Assembly (NCBI GenBank): GCA_951406725.2 | Contig: OX597818.1 | Coordinates: 38,626,001-38,690,000, forward strand | DNA: 64,000 nucleotides | Direction of reading: 5' to 3' | Source: Octopus vulgaris | Lineage: Eukaryota | The notes under the pieces: model-generated | What the model was told of the DNA's origin: nothing | The model's database searches: none | The model's input: the letters and a program-made list of their open reading frames with translations, nothing else | Translations under genes and position numbers: made by a program | Part shown: positions 37,670-50,604 of the stretch, in pieces | How the letters are laid out: every line of letters starts with the position of its first letter | Position numbering within the stretch: position 1 is the first letter of the stretch

Positions 37670-39231
37670 CTTTAAATAAAAGAAAGAAAAAGTTATTTTT
37701 TACTCCCTTAAATGTAAAACAAAAAAAGTTTTGAAAATTTTTGCTTACCTTGGGTCGTAGGGTGACCTGCTGTGCTTGAGTCAAGTACATCAACATCAAA
37801 ACAAAAAAATCAAATGGAAATTGTAGTTGTGATACCTATGCTGGTGGCATGTAAAAAGCACCATCCGAACGTGGCTGATGACAGTGCTGCCATGACTGGC
37901 TTCCGTGCCGGTGGCATGTAAAAAGCACCAACCGATCGTGGCTGCTGCCAGCCTCTCCTGGCACCTGTGCTGGTGGCACATAAAAAGCACCTACTACACT
38001 CATGGTGTGGTTGGCATTAGGAAGGGCATCCAGCTGTAGAAACACTGCCAGATCAAACTGGAGCCTGGTGCAGCCTCCTGGCTTCCCAGACCCCGGTCGA
38101 ATTGTCCAACCCATGCTAGCATGGAAAACGGACGTTAAACGATGATTTTGCAGATGATGATGACACCTGAAGTTGAAATTGTTAAAATTTAATTAATTAG
38201 CTAAATGATTTAACTTCTCTGCATTGAAAGGTTACAGCTCTGGTATTAAGGACATGTGATTAAAATGTTGCAGGGAAGAATCGCAAGATAGATTCTTCAA
38301 ACTGAGCCAACTCATAGGGGTCCTAGGGGTAGACCAAGAATGAGATAGCTGGATAATATCCATAGTCTCAGTAGGTCATGCTTGGGAATCCAGGTGGAAA
38401 ATTTAATGATAGTTGCTTCTGATAGTATCCTATGAAGGAGGTTCCTGAAGATTTTACCCCATCCGCCCACGACCCTCATAAGAATAGTGGACAGAGAAGA
38501 TGGATGAATGGATGATTTAACTGCAAGCCCTGTTGCTAATTTGTTAAATGAATTAAAGTTGGGGAGTAGCATGGTCACTAACACTCAACTGTGAGATGAC
38601 TTTCTTAATATTACCAAACCTTGGTTTAACATTTCTGATAAGATATAGACTCAGCATAACTTACAGTCCAACAGCTTACATCTATTCAGCTTTTACTCTG
38701 ACTGACCAGAAACTTGATCTCAGGTGCTTCAGCGATGACAACTCTCTCTTTTTAAGGGCAATGTTAGACAACATTGGAGGAGATTTGGCTGTTATTTCTA
38801 GCAGGCCAAGTGACCTCACAGAGGTTTCTTGTTAATTTTGCCTTAATTCACTGTTAAGATAATGTGCTCTCTATAATACAACCATGAACTAAAAGAACAG
38901 TTTGGTCAGACTAAACTATGTAAATGCATCTCAATTCAAAATACTTCTAGAAGACACAATGATATTTGTTACTATGAAAGAAAGAGTAATTAGGATATTG
39001 AGAAAACTGTAATGCTTCAAAGGGTAAAATATACTAACAATTCCGTCATTGATACTTTTGTGGCTTTGTGTTTATGTAAGAAGTCAACACTATTAATATT
39101 AAGGAGGAGGAAGGTGGCAAGCTGGCAGAACCATTAGCACACTGGGCAAAATGCTCTGTGGCACTTCATCCATGTTTATAATCTGGGTTCAAATTCTGCT
39201 GAGGTCAATAAAATCAATACCAATTGTGGAT

Positions 39232-39568
39232 AGAGGGGCTCCGAAAGGAGTCTCAGGGTGAAGCGTCCCTGCTGTCCTGAGATTGTTTTCCACCACATTT
39301 CTTAAAAATTGTGGTAGAGGCCTTGGTCTTGGGGCCACTCATGTCTAGAAACTGAGGCTGGAGGTAAGTAAGGGCATGTTCCCCGTAGAAAACCCTGCTC
39401 CAAAAAAGCCTCATGATAGCAAGGGAGAATAGGCACCAGCCAGCCAGCCCAAAGGTTGATGTAGGCCGCACCTGCCTGCCTCAGTTGCTATGGCATTGAG
39501 ATAGATCCGGCCACCCCTGTTAACAGGGGCAAAACCTGGATTTAAAACACTGGATGATGATGATGATG
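39232..39568 (+). mobile_element. Another (GAT)n-tailed RTE-derived non-autonomous element
   Basis: GTAAGGGCATGTTCCCCGTAGAAA motif related to the family-R core; GATGATGATG tail. Confidence 0.5.
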
Positions 39569-40172
39569 GACACTAGGGTCGATGTAATTGATTGACCCCA
39601 CTCCTCAGAAATTGCTGGCCTTGAGCCTTTGAAACCAATATGAAGGAGCAGAAAGGTAAGCAGAACAAAGAACTAGAGAAGAAACAATGAAAGAAAAAAC
39701 TGAAGGAAATGTTTATTTAAACAGAATTTTCCACTTTTTTTTTGTAAGCCTGGAGAACAGAGTATAACCAATTAAATAGAATTAATTCTCACCATTTCAT
39801 GACCGCATTTCTAATGAAATACACTGCCTATACGTTCAATTAATTTAGAAGAGTAATTATTGAAAGGGATTTAATAAAATAATGAACTTTTAACTGTTTT
39901 GCTGATAAGAAAAGGGTTTCACAAAAAATTATGGTAGAAGGTTTTTAATTAGATACTCTTTTATTTGTTTCAGTCATTTGACTGTGGCCATGCTGGAGCA
40001 CTGCCTTTAGTCGAGCAAATCGACCCCAGGACTTTTCTTTGGAAGCCTAGTACTTATTCTATCGGTCTCTTTTGCCGAACCACTAAGTTATGGGAATGTA
40101 AACACGCCAGCATCGGTTATCAAGCGATGTTGGGGGGGACAAACACAGACACACAAACATATACACACACAC

Positions 40173-40203
<31 letters not shown>

Positions 40204-40374
40204 CGACGAGCTTCTTTCAGTTTCCATCTACCAAATGCACTCACAAGACTTTGGTCGGCCCGAGGCTATAGTAGAAGACACTTGCCGAAGGTGCTACGCA
40301 GTGGGACTGAACCTGGAACCATGTGGTTGGTAAGCAAGCTACTTACCACACAGCCACTCCTATGCCTATAGATA

Positions 40375-40446
40375 TGGTGCATCGGCTGGGAATCATACCC
40401 GGGCTGCCCACGTGGCAGGCGAGCATTCTACCACTGACTCACCGAT
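40375..40446 (-). pseudogene. tRNA-Gly(GCC) retropseudogene with genomic CCA
   Basis: ATCGGTGAGTCAGTGGTAGAATGCTCGCCTGCCACGTGGGCAGCCCGGGTATGATTCCCAGCCGATGCACCA; anticodon at 40416-40414; first 2 nt absent; B box mutated. Confidence 0.9.
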
Positions 40447-40553
40447 TTTATAAAACAGAATGTTCTGTAGCAAAGAACTAGAGGCAGTTTAAGATAAGTT
40501 AGTATTAAAAAATTTTAACGAAGGTGAAAATGTTGAGTATAATGTGACATTAC

Positions 40554-40644
40554 CTGGTAATGTAAGCAGGATGCTCCCCATCTAACTTGCGTTTAACAAA
40601 ATCAATTTTCTCCTTTGGATACCAAGAAAGGTCTTCCTCTTCAC
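40554..40644 (-). CDS. PRKDC: DNA-PKcs exon (end of PRD to kinase C-lobe)
   Basis: tttcag/gtaatg, phase 1 to 2; EEEDLSWYPKEKIDFVKRKLDGEHPAYITR (human [23 protein letters not shown]). Confidence 0.95.
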
Positions 40645-41955
40645 CTGAAAGATGCAAGGGAAGAAAAAAAAAAAATTAGCATTTTGCAAGCAACTGGTAA
40701 ATCAAAGTTGTAAAAAACATAACTAAATGGAAGCTATTTTAATTATATGTGTTGTAAAATTTCTGAAATTCCCCTTAAAATTTCATCTTTAATCTGTAAG
40801 AATTTTCCTTCCCCCAGTCGTTTTTTCTTATATCTTTTACTTGTTTCAGTCATTTGACTATAGCCATGTAAGGGCACCACCTTTAACAATTTTCGTCAAA
40901 CAAATCAACCCCAGCAACAACGTTTGTTATTTATAAAACCAGCTACTTAGTCTATTGCTCCCTTTTGCTAAACTGCTAAGTTAAGGGGGTGTAAACAAAC
41001 AAACACTGGTTGTCAGGTTGTGGTGGTGGGATGTGTATGATAAATATAGACACAAACACATTTATTTATATATATATATATATACCATCATCATCGTTTA
41101 ATGTCCGCTTTCCATGCTAGCATGGGTTGGACGATTTTGACTGAAGGTTGGCGAACCAGATGACTGCACCAGGCTCCAATCTTGATTTGGCAGAGTTCCT
41201 ACAGCTGGATGCCCTTCCTAATGCCAACCACTCCGACAGTGTAGTGGGTGCTTTTTACATGCCACCGGCACGAGGGCCAGTCAGGCAGTACAGCAACAGC
41301 CACGCTCAAATGGTGCTTTTTACGTGCCACCTGCACAGGAGCCAGTCCAGCAGAACTGGCAACGACCTCGCTCAAATGTTTTTTCACGTGCCACCAGTAC
41401 AATTGCCAGTAAGGCGACGCAGGTAACGATCATGCTCAAATGGTGTTTTTTACGTGTCATCGGCACGGAGGCCAGCTTGTTACTCTGGCAATGATCTCGC
41501 TTGTATGGTACTCTTAGCGCTCCACTAGCACGGATGCCAGTCAACTGACATGAATTATCTTTCTTAATATATACACAAATATATAACGTATATGTTGCAT
41601 TCTGTATTAGATTGTGTTTTGGAAAGGTTTCTATGGCTGGATGCCCTTCCTAATGCCATCCACTTTATAGAGTTTACTGGGTACCTTTTTATGTGGCACC
41701 AGCATGGGTGCATTTAATGTGACACCAACATAGGTGCTTTTTTGATTTTAAATTAATAAACTGGGGTGTGACTTATACACAGGGCAAGTTTGAATATGAA
41801 GGGGAAAATTTTGAACCAAGTTTTAACACTGAGCTGGGAGAGCAATTTATTCACAAGTAAATATGGCATTTAATATTTTGACTTTAAAAGTCATAATAGT
41901 GAAATGCAAATAAAAAGAAAAAAAAAAAACCCCAAAAAACATGAATTTCACTTAC

Positions 41956-41998
41956 TGAAATCTTGTGCTTTTCTGTGCATATTGTTTCGAGCATTTTT
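41956..41998 (-). CDS. PRKDC: DNA-PKcs 43-bp exon (PRD region)
   Basis: ccttag/gtaagt; KNARNNMHRKAQDF; supplies the phase 0 to 1 bridge needed between its neighbours. Confidence 0.85.
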
Positions 41999-42186
41999 CT
42001 AAGGAAAATAAAAAACAAAAAGATGTAAGCATCAGTATATCATAAAATCATCATCATCATTATCATTATGTCTGCTTTCCAAATGTTGGCATGGGTTGGA
42101 TGGATCATCACCCTCTGAGCATCTTCCTATTTGGAGTTACAGCTCTACAAGATCAGTTAGAGGATTGTTCCATTTTGGTATGGTTT

Positions 42187-42646
42187 TATAATGGAATTGA
42201 AGGCTTGTGATACCTGTGGAGTATCTCCTCCCATTATAAGTATTTCTGTAGTCTTAAGGATCTGGAACACGAAGAAGAAGTTTACATGTGGAGTGCAATT
42301 CAATAGTCGTTTATTTTTAGTTCGCGTTCATGTGGCTCACTCCTATCTTTATGGCAGCGCGTGGTTCATTATAGTTCCGTTCACATGAGGTTCATTACCT
42401 CTGGAAATAACAGGTGAAGTTAGAGCGGGTTAAGAGTCCGCTGTGAGGTGCCAGCTTCGCAGAGTTTCTCAGCATAAGTGAGAAGGAAGAAAGAGAGAGA
42501 ATGTCTTAATTCTCCTGCTTAATTAGTTGTTGCTGACGAGAGGCTTGCTGTCATCTCGTGCATGGCAAATTACCTGTTTCGGACATGGTAATGGCTACCA
42601 GTGAGATCTCGTACAAAATGGTGCTGGCTTCTTGTACCTCACTACA
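42187..42646 (-). mobile_element. Probable solo LTR inserted in a family-R copy
   Basis: Starts TGTAGTG on minus, AATAAA at 42315-42310, GTTT duplicated at 42183-42186/42647-42650, host repeat resumes on both sides. Confidence 0.6.
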
Positions 42647-43169
42647 GTTTCTATGGCTGGTTGCCCTTTTTAACACCAACTGTTTTACTAATTGTACTGG
42701 GTGCATTTAATTGAGGCACCAATACTAGAAAAGTTATCATGTTCTTCATAAGACTAAAGGGTGCTCTAGAATTGTTGGATTTACATTGCATCTGTTTGTT
42801 TGCCAACCACCATAGAGTTTTAATGGGTTCATCCTGTGAGGCTAAAGAGCCCTCACTCCACTTGAGTGTCTCCAAAAAGATTTATATGTTCAAAATGTAT
42901 GAAAGACAGTACATATGAGCCGAGAGAGTGGTAACAGATTAGGAGTATCAGATGATTGCACAAATAAAGACATGAGATGCAACAAGAAACTAAATGCACC
43001 ACCACCAACGTTGTTTTATATCAACTTTTCCTTTTGGTATAAGTAGGATAAGTCATTGCTGCTGCTCTTATAGATGAGTTGAAGGATCACACCTCACTCC
43101 AATTTTCATCTTTGGCTTAATCTGATAAGATGGGTCTCCTCAATCCTTCATTTAACAGAATGTGATGGA

Positions 43170-43397
43170 TGCGAGCTGGCAGAATTGTTAGCACGCCGGG
43201 CGAAATGCGTAGCTGTATTTTGTATGCCATTATGTTCTAATTTCAAATTCCGCCGAGGTCGACTTTGCCTTTCATCCTTTCAGGGTTGATAAATTAAGTA
43301 CCAGTTACGCACTGGGGTCGATATAATCGACTTAATCCCTTTGTCTGTCCTTGTTTGTCCTCTCTGTGTTTAGCCCCTTGTGGGCAATAAAGAAATA
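43170..43397 (+). mobile_element. tRNA-derived SINE with GCCTTTCATCCTTTCGGGGTCGATAAA central domain, representative copy
   Basis: TSD AGAATGTGATGGATGC; other copies 43961-44190(+) and 62690-62915(-) with TSDs, and 60793-60965(-). Confidence 0.88.
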
Positions 43398-44382
43398 AGA
43401 ATGTGATGGATGCATTTTATTAGGGCACCAGCACTAGAGAGGATAGCAGTGAGAGAGTGATTGCTAGCAGGAGATGGATAAATGGTGAGGATGAATGATG
43501 GATGTCAATACCAAATGATTGAGGGCAATGTAGGTAGAGTGTAAGGGGTATATGCAAATCTAATAAGGTCCTGTATGTATATATCTGAAGATGGTGAGAG
43601 AGCTAGGGTGATAAAGATATGAAAGGGAGGGGTGAGTGTTGGAAAGAGGGTCTTGTGGTATCCCTAGTTACACTGAAAGTAATTTATGGTGAACTGAAGA
43701 GGTCCAGCGCTATCCTTAGTCATATCAGTAGCACAGTACATCGAGAGTGAGAAGAGAGTGATTGAGAAATGAGCAATAGGGGCATGAGCTCTAGAAGCAT
43801 GAGTGGTAAAGGTAAGAATGACAAAAACATGAATGACAGTAGCATGGGTGATGGAAGATAGACAAGTGAATGATAATAGGGATATGTAAAGAGACAGGGT
43901 GCAAATAAAAAGAAGTTTTGTCCTGTTACTTGTCAATAGAACAGGTATCACTAATACTAAGGCGGCGAGCTGGAAGAAACGTTAGCATGCTGGGCGAAAT
44001 GCTTAGCGGTATTTCGTCTGTCGTTACGTTCTGAGTTCAAATTCCGCCAAGGTCGACTTTGCCTTTCATCCTTTCGGGGTCGATAAATTAAGTACCAGTT
44101 ACGCACTAGGGTCGATGTAATCGACTTAATACCTATGTCTGTCCTTGTTTGTCCCCTCTATGTTTAGCCCCTTGTGGGTAATAGAGAAATAGGTATCACT
44201 AATATACTAAAGTAACTTCAGTCCATATATTCACTTCTACTAAGGTAAATCTTTTGCTAACTTTAACCCTTTTGATACCAACCTGGCTGAAACTGGCTCT
44301 GGCTCTGTAGTGCAAATGTCTTGTTTTCATAAGTTTTGAATTAGAATCTTCCACTAAACCTTAGTCACAATTACTATTCCTA

Positions 44383-44725
44383 TCTATCTATCTATCCGCT
44401 CAGTCGAAGTCGACTCTTGGTTACTCCATGGATCAGTGTCCTCCAGTCAGTTCTATCCTGGGCCGCTTCTTTCAGACTGGCTATGTCCATTCCAGTATCA
44501 CTCTTGATGGTGTCAAGCCAGCGGGTTCTTGGTTGGCCTCTTCCTCTCTTGCCACTGACCATTCCGAGCATGATGCCCTTCTCCAGGGATTTTCTCCTCA
44601 TAATATGACCAAAATATGCCAATCTATGCTTGGTGATCCTAGCTTCTAGTGACATTTTCGGCCTGATCTGCTTAAGAACTTCTCCATTGGTGAGCCTCGC
44701 TGTCCATGGAATCTATAAAAGTCTT
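44383..44725 (-). mobile_element. RTE/BovB-like LINE 3' end inserted in TTAA MITE family 1 (44267-44839)
   Basis: YFGHIMRRKSLEKGIMLG..RGRGQPRTRWLD..WRTLIHGVTKSRLRLSG*; (TAGA)n tail; TSD CTATTCCTA 44374-44382/44726-44734. Confidence 0.9.
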
Positions 44726-45046
44726 CTATTCCTAACACCAGTTTAACGATAACTAAGTTATTTTACAAAATTCTTTGTTAAATCTAAAATAACTGAGAGA
44801 AATACAGAACATCTCAAAATAAATACATTAACGAAAGGGTTAAAGAAATCAATCACTTATTGCTGTAAAAGAGACACCTTGATCCTTTATTGTAATTCTT
44901 CCTTTTTTAACTTCACCTTCTATTGTCTACTTAATTTTCCTCCAGTTAATCTTCCTTTTCTCTCTTCCCTTCTGCTAACTATTGATTCTTTATAAAATAA
45001 GCCCTAAATATTTTTAAATATTTCAAAGAAATTAAGATTTTCTCAC

Positions 45047-45235
45047 CAGCCAATCAAAAGAGGGCTCTCTAACAAAGATCTCCAGTGTATGAATAAGCAG
45101 GTCTTTATCAGATCGAAGTGATTCCAAGCAGTGCACCATAGTTCTTTCAAATGTACCTTTAGTACCATGAGGCAAGCAGACATTTTGAAGTTGTCGAGTA
45201 AGACGGAATGGAATTAACTCTGGAATTGGTAAATA
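45047..45235 (-). CDS. PRKDC: DNA-PKcs kinase exon (activation loop/C-lobe)
   Basis: ttatag/gtgaga, 189 bp phase 0-0; YLPIPELIPFRLTRQ..IFVREPSFDWL. Confidence 0.97.
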
Positions 45236-45644
45236 CTATAAGGAAATGGAGAAAATATCAATGGAATTAAATACAAGAAACAAGCAGTATTTGGTAAATA
45301 CAAACATAATTTTTGGTAAATAGAAATTTAATTAACAAACTGAAAGACATGAAGATATTGCAAAAGAAACAGAAAAGCATAAATTCAAATGATAAAGAGA
45401 TTTGCAGGTTCAATGCTTAACCTGGGCAGTTACTCTTACTCTTTTACTTGTTTCAGTCATGTGACTGTGGCCATGCTGGAGCACCGCCTTTAGTTGAGCA
45501 AATCAACCTCAGGACTTATTCTTTGTAAGCCTAGTACTTATTCTATCGGTCTCTTTTGCCGAACCGCTAAGTGACGGGGACGTAAACACACCAGCATCAG
45601 TTGTCAAGTGATGTTGGGGGGGACAAACACAGACACACAAACAT

Positions 45645-45679
<35 letters not shown>

Positions 45680-48484
45680 CACGCATATATACGACGGGCT
45701 TCTTTTCAGTTTCCGTCTACCAAATCCACTTACGAGGCTATAGTAGAAGACAATTGCCCAAGGTGCCACGCAGTGGGATTGAACCCGGAACTATGTGGTT
45801 CGTAAGCAAGCTACTTACCCCACAGCCACTCCTACGCCTGTGTTGCTGAGTCATGTTGTAGTTATTGTGTAAAAGCTATCATTTGTCCTTTTAACTAACG
45901 TCATCATATATTTAAAAAGTGATTGCATTATGAGGCTACAAATCTAGAGATCACAAGCAGATATTGTGCCACTAATTATTTCTTACATTCCAAATCCTAT
46001 GACTGGCACCCGGCCAGTACCAGTTGCCAGTACCGCTGGACTGACTCCTGTGCAGGTGACAAGTAAAGAAACACCGTTTTGACCCTGTGCTTGAGGAGAC
46101 CTATTGAGTGAAGTACATCAACATCAAAAATCAATGGAAATTGTAGTAGTGTAAAAAGCACCATCCGAACGTGGCCGATGCCAGCACCGCCTTGACTGGC
46201 TTCTGTGCCGGTTGCATGTAAAAAGCACCCACTACACTCATGGAGTGGTTGGCATTAGGAAGGGCATCCAGCTGTAGAAACACTGCCAGATCAGACTGGA
46301 GCCTGGTGCAGCCTCCTGGCTTCCCAGACCCCGGTCGAACTGTCCAACCCATGCTAGCATCAAAAACGGACGTTAAATGATGATGATGATGATTTGTCCT
46401 AGGTTTGAAAGTTTTAGAGAAAAAGTATAAGGCTTGGTTTTGGGACAGCTATCACTATGTCAAGGGGAAGGAAAAGGGTACCCACTTTGGGTAAGCTATA
46501 TTATTGTACTTGTTTGCTCTGACCTACTCTACCTGGTAAAAATAAGTAGTTAGAGAGTCTGAACAAGCTAAGTAGCATTGCACTGTGTTTCTAATGTAGG
46601 CACTTAACTTTCAGTGGTTTTGTTCAACTGAATTTAAATAATTAATTCCTAGAAGTACAGATCAACAGTGCAATTGTTAGGGTTACTACCTAACGTGTAG
46701 TGTTAGATTCAAATAAATCTCACTTTGTGGAGAAGGAAACATGAAATCATTCCAGTGTATTGTCTTTCGAATCCCAACTCAACATACATTCACAGTTAAC
46801 TCATTCGAGCGTGATCGTTACCAAAATCGCCTTCTGGCACCTGTGCTGGTGGCAAGTATAAAAGGATTCGAGTGAGGTCATTGCCAGTACTGCCTGACTG
46901 GCCCCCGTGCCGGTGGCATGTAAAAGCACCCACTACACTCTCGGAGTGGTTGGCGTTAGGTAGGGCATCGAGCTGTAGAAACTCTGCCAAATCAAGATTG
47001 GAGCCTGGTGCAGCCATCTGGTTGCCAGCCCTCAGTCAAAATCGTCCAACTCATGCTAGCATGGAAAGCAGATGTTAAACGATGATGATGATGATATATA
47101 TACCGTATTATAACTACAATAGTACATAAATTCAGATCTATAATCCTTATATATCAAACTATAGTCCTATTTTGTTGTGTCTGGGGAGAGTTATTTTCTT
47201 TTTGTGCCTTATAATGTAACACACTCACTGGAGAGTCAAGGCTATTGAAAAGGTTGCAAGATGCAATGAAAATTTTAGGAAAATAAAAATAAGAAATAAG
47301 TGGAAATGTTACCGGTGAGTGTGTTAAATCATAAGGCACAAAAAGAAAATGACTCTCCCCAGAAACAACAGAATATGCTTCAACACACGAACTCATATAA
47401 AGAATCTAGCAAACCAAATCCAAAAATGAAATATAGTCCTATGTATTTCATCAATAAAAACTTCACTCCATTTGTTCATCATCATCGTTTAGCATCCGCT
47501 TTACATGCTGGCATGGGTTGGGCGGTTCAACTGGGATCTGGGAAGCCAGAAGGCTGCACCAGGCCCAGTCTGATACGTGCCAGACGAGGCTGGCAAACGG
47601 CCACAATCGGATGGTACTTTTTACGTGCCACCGGCACGGAGGCCAGTCGGGGCGGCGCTGGCAACGGCCACGTTCAGATGATTCTATTGTGTGCCACCGG
47701 CACTGGTATCACAGCTACAATTTCCATTGATGTTGATTGATTTTGATTTTGGTTTTCACTTGTTTTAAACAGTCTTTTGCTGTCATTCCAACTTATTTGT
47801 TGTTTTATGCGGCATTTCAGACATTCTACTCTTTTTCTTGCTCCAAGAAATTTCTGTTGTTATTCCAGTTTATTTTCTTCATCTTCTTTCCTTAAGGCGT
47901 AGGAGTGGCTGTGTGGTAAGTAGCTTGCTTACGAACCACATGGTCCCAGGTTCAGTCCCACTGCGTGGTACCTTGGGCAAGTGTCTTCTACTATAGCCTT
48001 GGGCCGACCAAAGCCTTGTGAAAGGATTTGGTAGACAGAAACTGAAAGAAGCCTTTCATATATATGTATATATATATATATGTATGTGTGTATATGTTTG
48101 TCCCCCCCAACATCGCTTGACAGCCGAAGGTGGTGTGTTTACGTCCCCGTAACTTAGCGGTTCGGCAAAAGAGACCGATAGAATAAGTACTAGGCTTCCA
48201 AAGAATAAGTCCTGGAGTCAATTTTCTCGACTAAAAATGGCGGTGCTCCAGCATGGCCACAGTCAAATGACTGAAACAAGTAAAAGGAGTAAAGAGAGTT
48301 TCTTTTAATAGTAAAAAGAATTGTTATAAATAAAATTAAAAAGGATCATTCTTTAATCCATCAATATCTCTTATTCTACACTCATTTACAGTCTCTTACA
48401 ATTTTACGCTATTTCTTTTCATGCTGGTTTTCAAATACTTCTAGAAAATAAAATTGGTAGAAAAAGCAAAATTTCTTAGCTTAC

Positions 48485-48686
48485 TTGTGTTGCTGAACCA
48501 AAAGCATGACCAAAATCAATTCCGATCATTTGTCCTGTACCTTGATGTATCATCAAATTACTTAGATGTCGATCACCAACACCCAGTATGTAATGACAAA
48601 TGCATAAAACTGCATGGGAAATAGTAAAACCTGTACGTAGCACATGAAAGGCCTCGGGGGATGTACTCATTTTCTTGAAGGATTTC
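48485..48686 (-). CDS. PRKDC: DNA-PKcs catalytic exon
   Basis: atacag/gtaagc, phase 2-0; [33 protein letters not shown]. Confidence 0.98.
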
Positions 48687-49409
48687 CTGTATGGAAGGAA
48701 CAGATTATGAATTTGCTTGAAGATCGAATGCAATAATATTAAGATCATAATCTAAATTCTTAAAATTTAATGATAAATTAAAAAAACTCCATCAAACTTT
48801 CTGAATCAGTCTATAACAATAATCATTTCTAATTTAGGGACAAGGCAAGCAATTTTGAGTGGAGAGGGTTAGTTCTCTTTCCAGTTCTTTTGAATGTACT
48901 GAAAGAACTGGAATGACAAAAAAAAAAAAAAAAATGCAACAACAATGAAAGGAGCAATAAATTCTAGTTTCTAGAATACTCAAGTAAAACACTGGTAATG
49001 GCAACAGAAACACTTTTATGCTCACTATTAAATATTTCTAATAGTGGGCACAAAGGTAATCACTGCTCTTTTTATGATACCTCAAAGAAAAATCTCATTT
49101 GGTACTGCTTAAACAAATTGTGCAATGAAAGGAGATCTTCACACTATATACAGCAAATATTGGAAATTATTATTACTATTATTGTTATTAAGTCAGCAAT
49201 CTGGCAGAATGGTTAGTGGCATTTTGTCTGTCTATATGTCTTGAGTTCAGTTTTTGCCAAGGTTGACTTTGCTTTTCATCCTTTCTGGGCTGATAAAATA
49301 AATGCCAGTTGAGCACTTATATGTTCTTATTTACTGAAGATTTACTGAAGATATGGCAGTGCCCCATCATGGCCACAGCTCATAAGCTGAAACTAGAATC
49401 AATCAATCA

Positions 49410-50110
49410 ATCATATCTGCACTGGATGTGTCAGCATTATAAAATCAAAACTGCTGATAAATGGTACAAGCACCAGCCTGAGGCTGTAACTGAGAGAGAA
49501 AATGTAACTATTCTTTGGGACTTCTCAGTATGTACAGACCAGACCATCAAAGCAACTAAACCAGATATTGTTGTGAAAGACCAAAACAGTAAAGTCTATT
49601 TATTGATTGACAAGAGCATACCATGTGACCATAATATCTCGGCAAAAGAATTTGATAAGCTCAGAAAATAAAAAGATTTGCTAATTGAAATCGAAAAGTT
49701 GTGGCATCTCAAGACGGTTACAATACCAGTGATTGTAGGAGCACTTGTAATGATCAAAAAAGGAACTGAAAATTATTTAAGAATGATCCCTGGCTTACCA
49801 TCCATGCAGGAAGTGCAAAAGATTGTCTTAACTGGTATGTCATACATAGTGAGAAAAGCATTGTCACTGTGAATTTTCTTTCCCTTTTCCCCCTTTATTT
49901 TCTTTGTTTAGTTTTTTTTTTCTCTGTCTTTCTTCCCCTTTTTTTTCCATCACATGATTTTGTAAATGGACAACTTGGTGTGTTTGTTCTCTCTGCTCTA
50001 GGTGTCAGGAAGACACTCAGCCAAAAATGGAAACAGAGGAGGAGGAGGAGGGGAAGAAGAAGAAGAAGAAGAAGAAGAAGAAGAAGAAGAAGAAGAAGAA
50101 GAAGAAGACG
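49410..50110 (+). mobile_element. R4/Dong-like RLE 3' fragment with (GAA)n tract
   Basis: ILWDFSV.TD..IKA.KPDIVVKD..IPVIVGAL; paralogous to 53412-53960. Confidence 0.88.
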
Positions 50111-50466
50111 CCGATGATGTGGCGAGCTGGAAGAATCATTAATGTGTTGGACAAAAATGCTTAGCCCTTTAAGTTTTGAGTTCGATTCCTGTTGAAGTCA
50201 ACTTTGCTTTCCATCCTTTTGAGTGTCGATAAAATAAATCAAGCACTCACACAAAATTTCAGGCCTTGTGCCTATAAAGGAAGAGATTATTGTTAGTATA
50301 AAAGTGGAGTGGTTAACTATAAGAAGACCAGGCAAGTGTGAAATTGCTCTAACATTATGAAAATGTACAACATTGAATTTAAAAAGAGTAAAAGGAATAT
50401 CTGACAATAAATATAGAAAGTCTATAATTTAATAAATAAATAAAGAAAAAGAAACAATTTATTAAC

Positions 50467-50604
50467 CTTAAAAGATCCTGTGGTATTCTTGCACAAATAC
50501 TTTGGTATCCTAATTCAGCGTCGGTTTTTTTACATTTCTTAAATATATTCATTATTCCTGATGCAACATATTTCTTTTTAAACTCTCTATGTCTTTCAAA
50601 TGTC
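50467..50604 (-). CDS. PRKDC: DNA-PKcs kinase-insert exon
   Basis: tttcag/gttaat, 138 bp phase 2-2, open; ends ICARIPQDLLR (human ESKVPADLLKR). Confidence 0.9.

Noticed and set aside
49869-50117. Poly-Arg protamine-like ORF
   Set aside because: Translation of a (GAA)n/(GGA)n tract after a LINE 3'UTR
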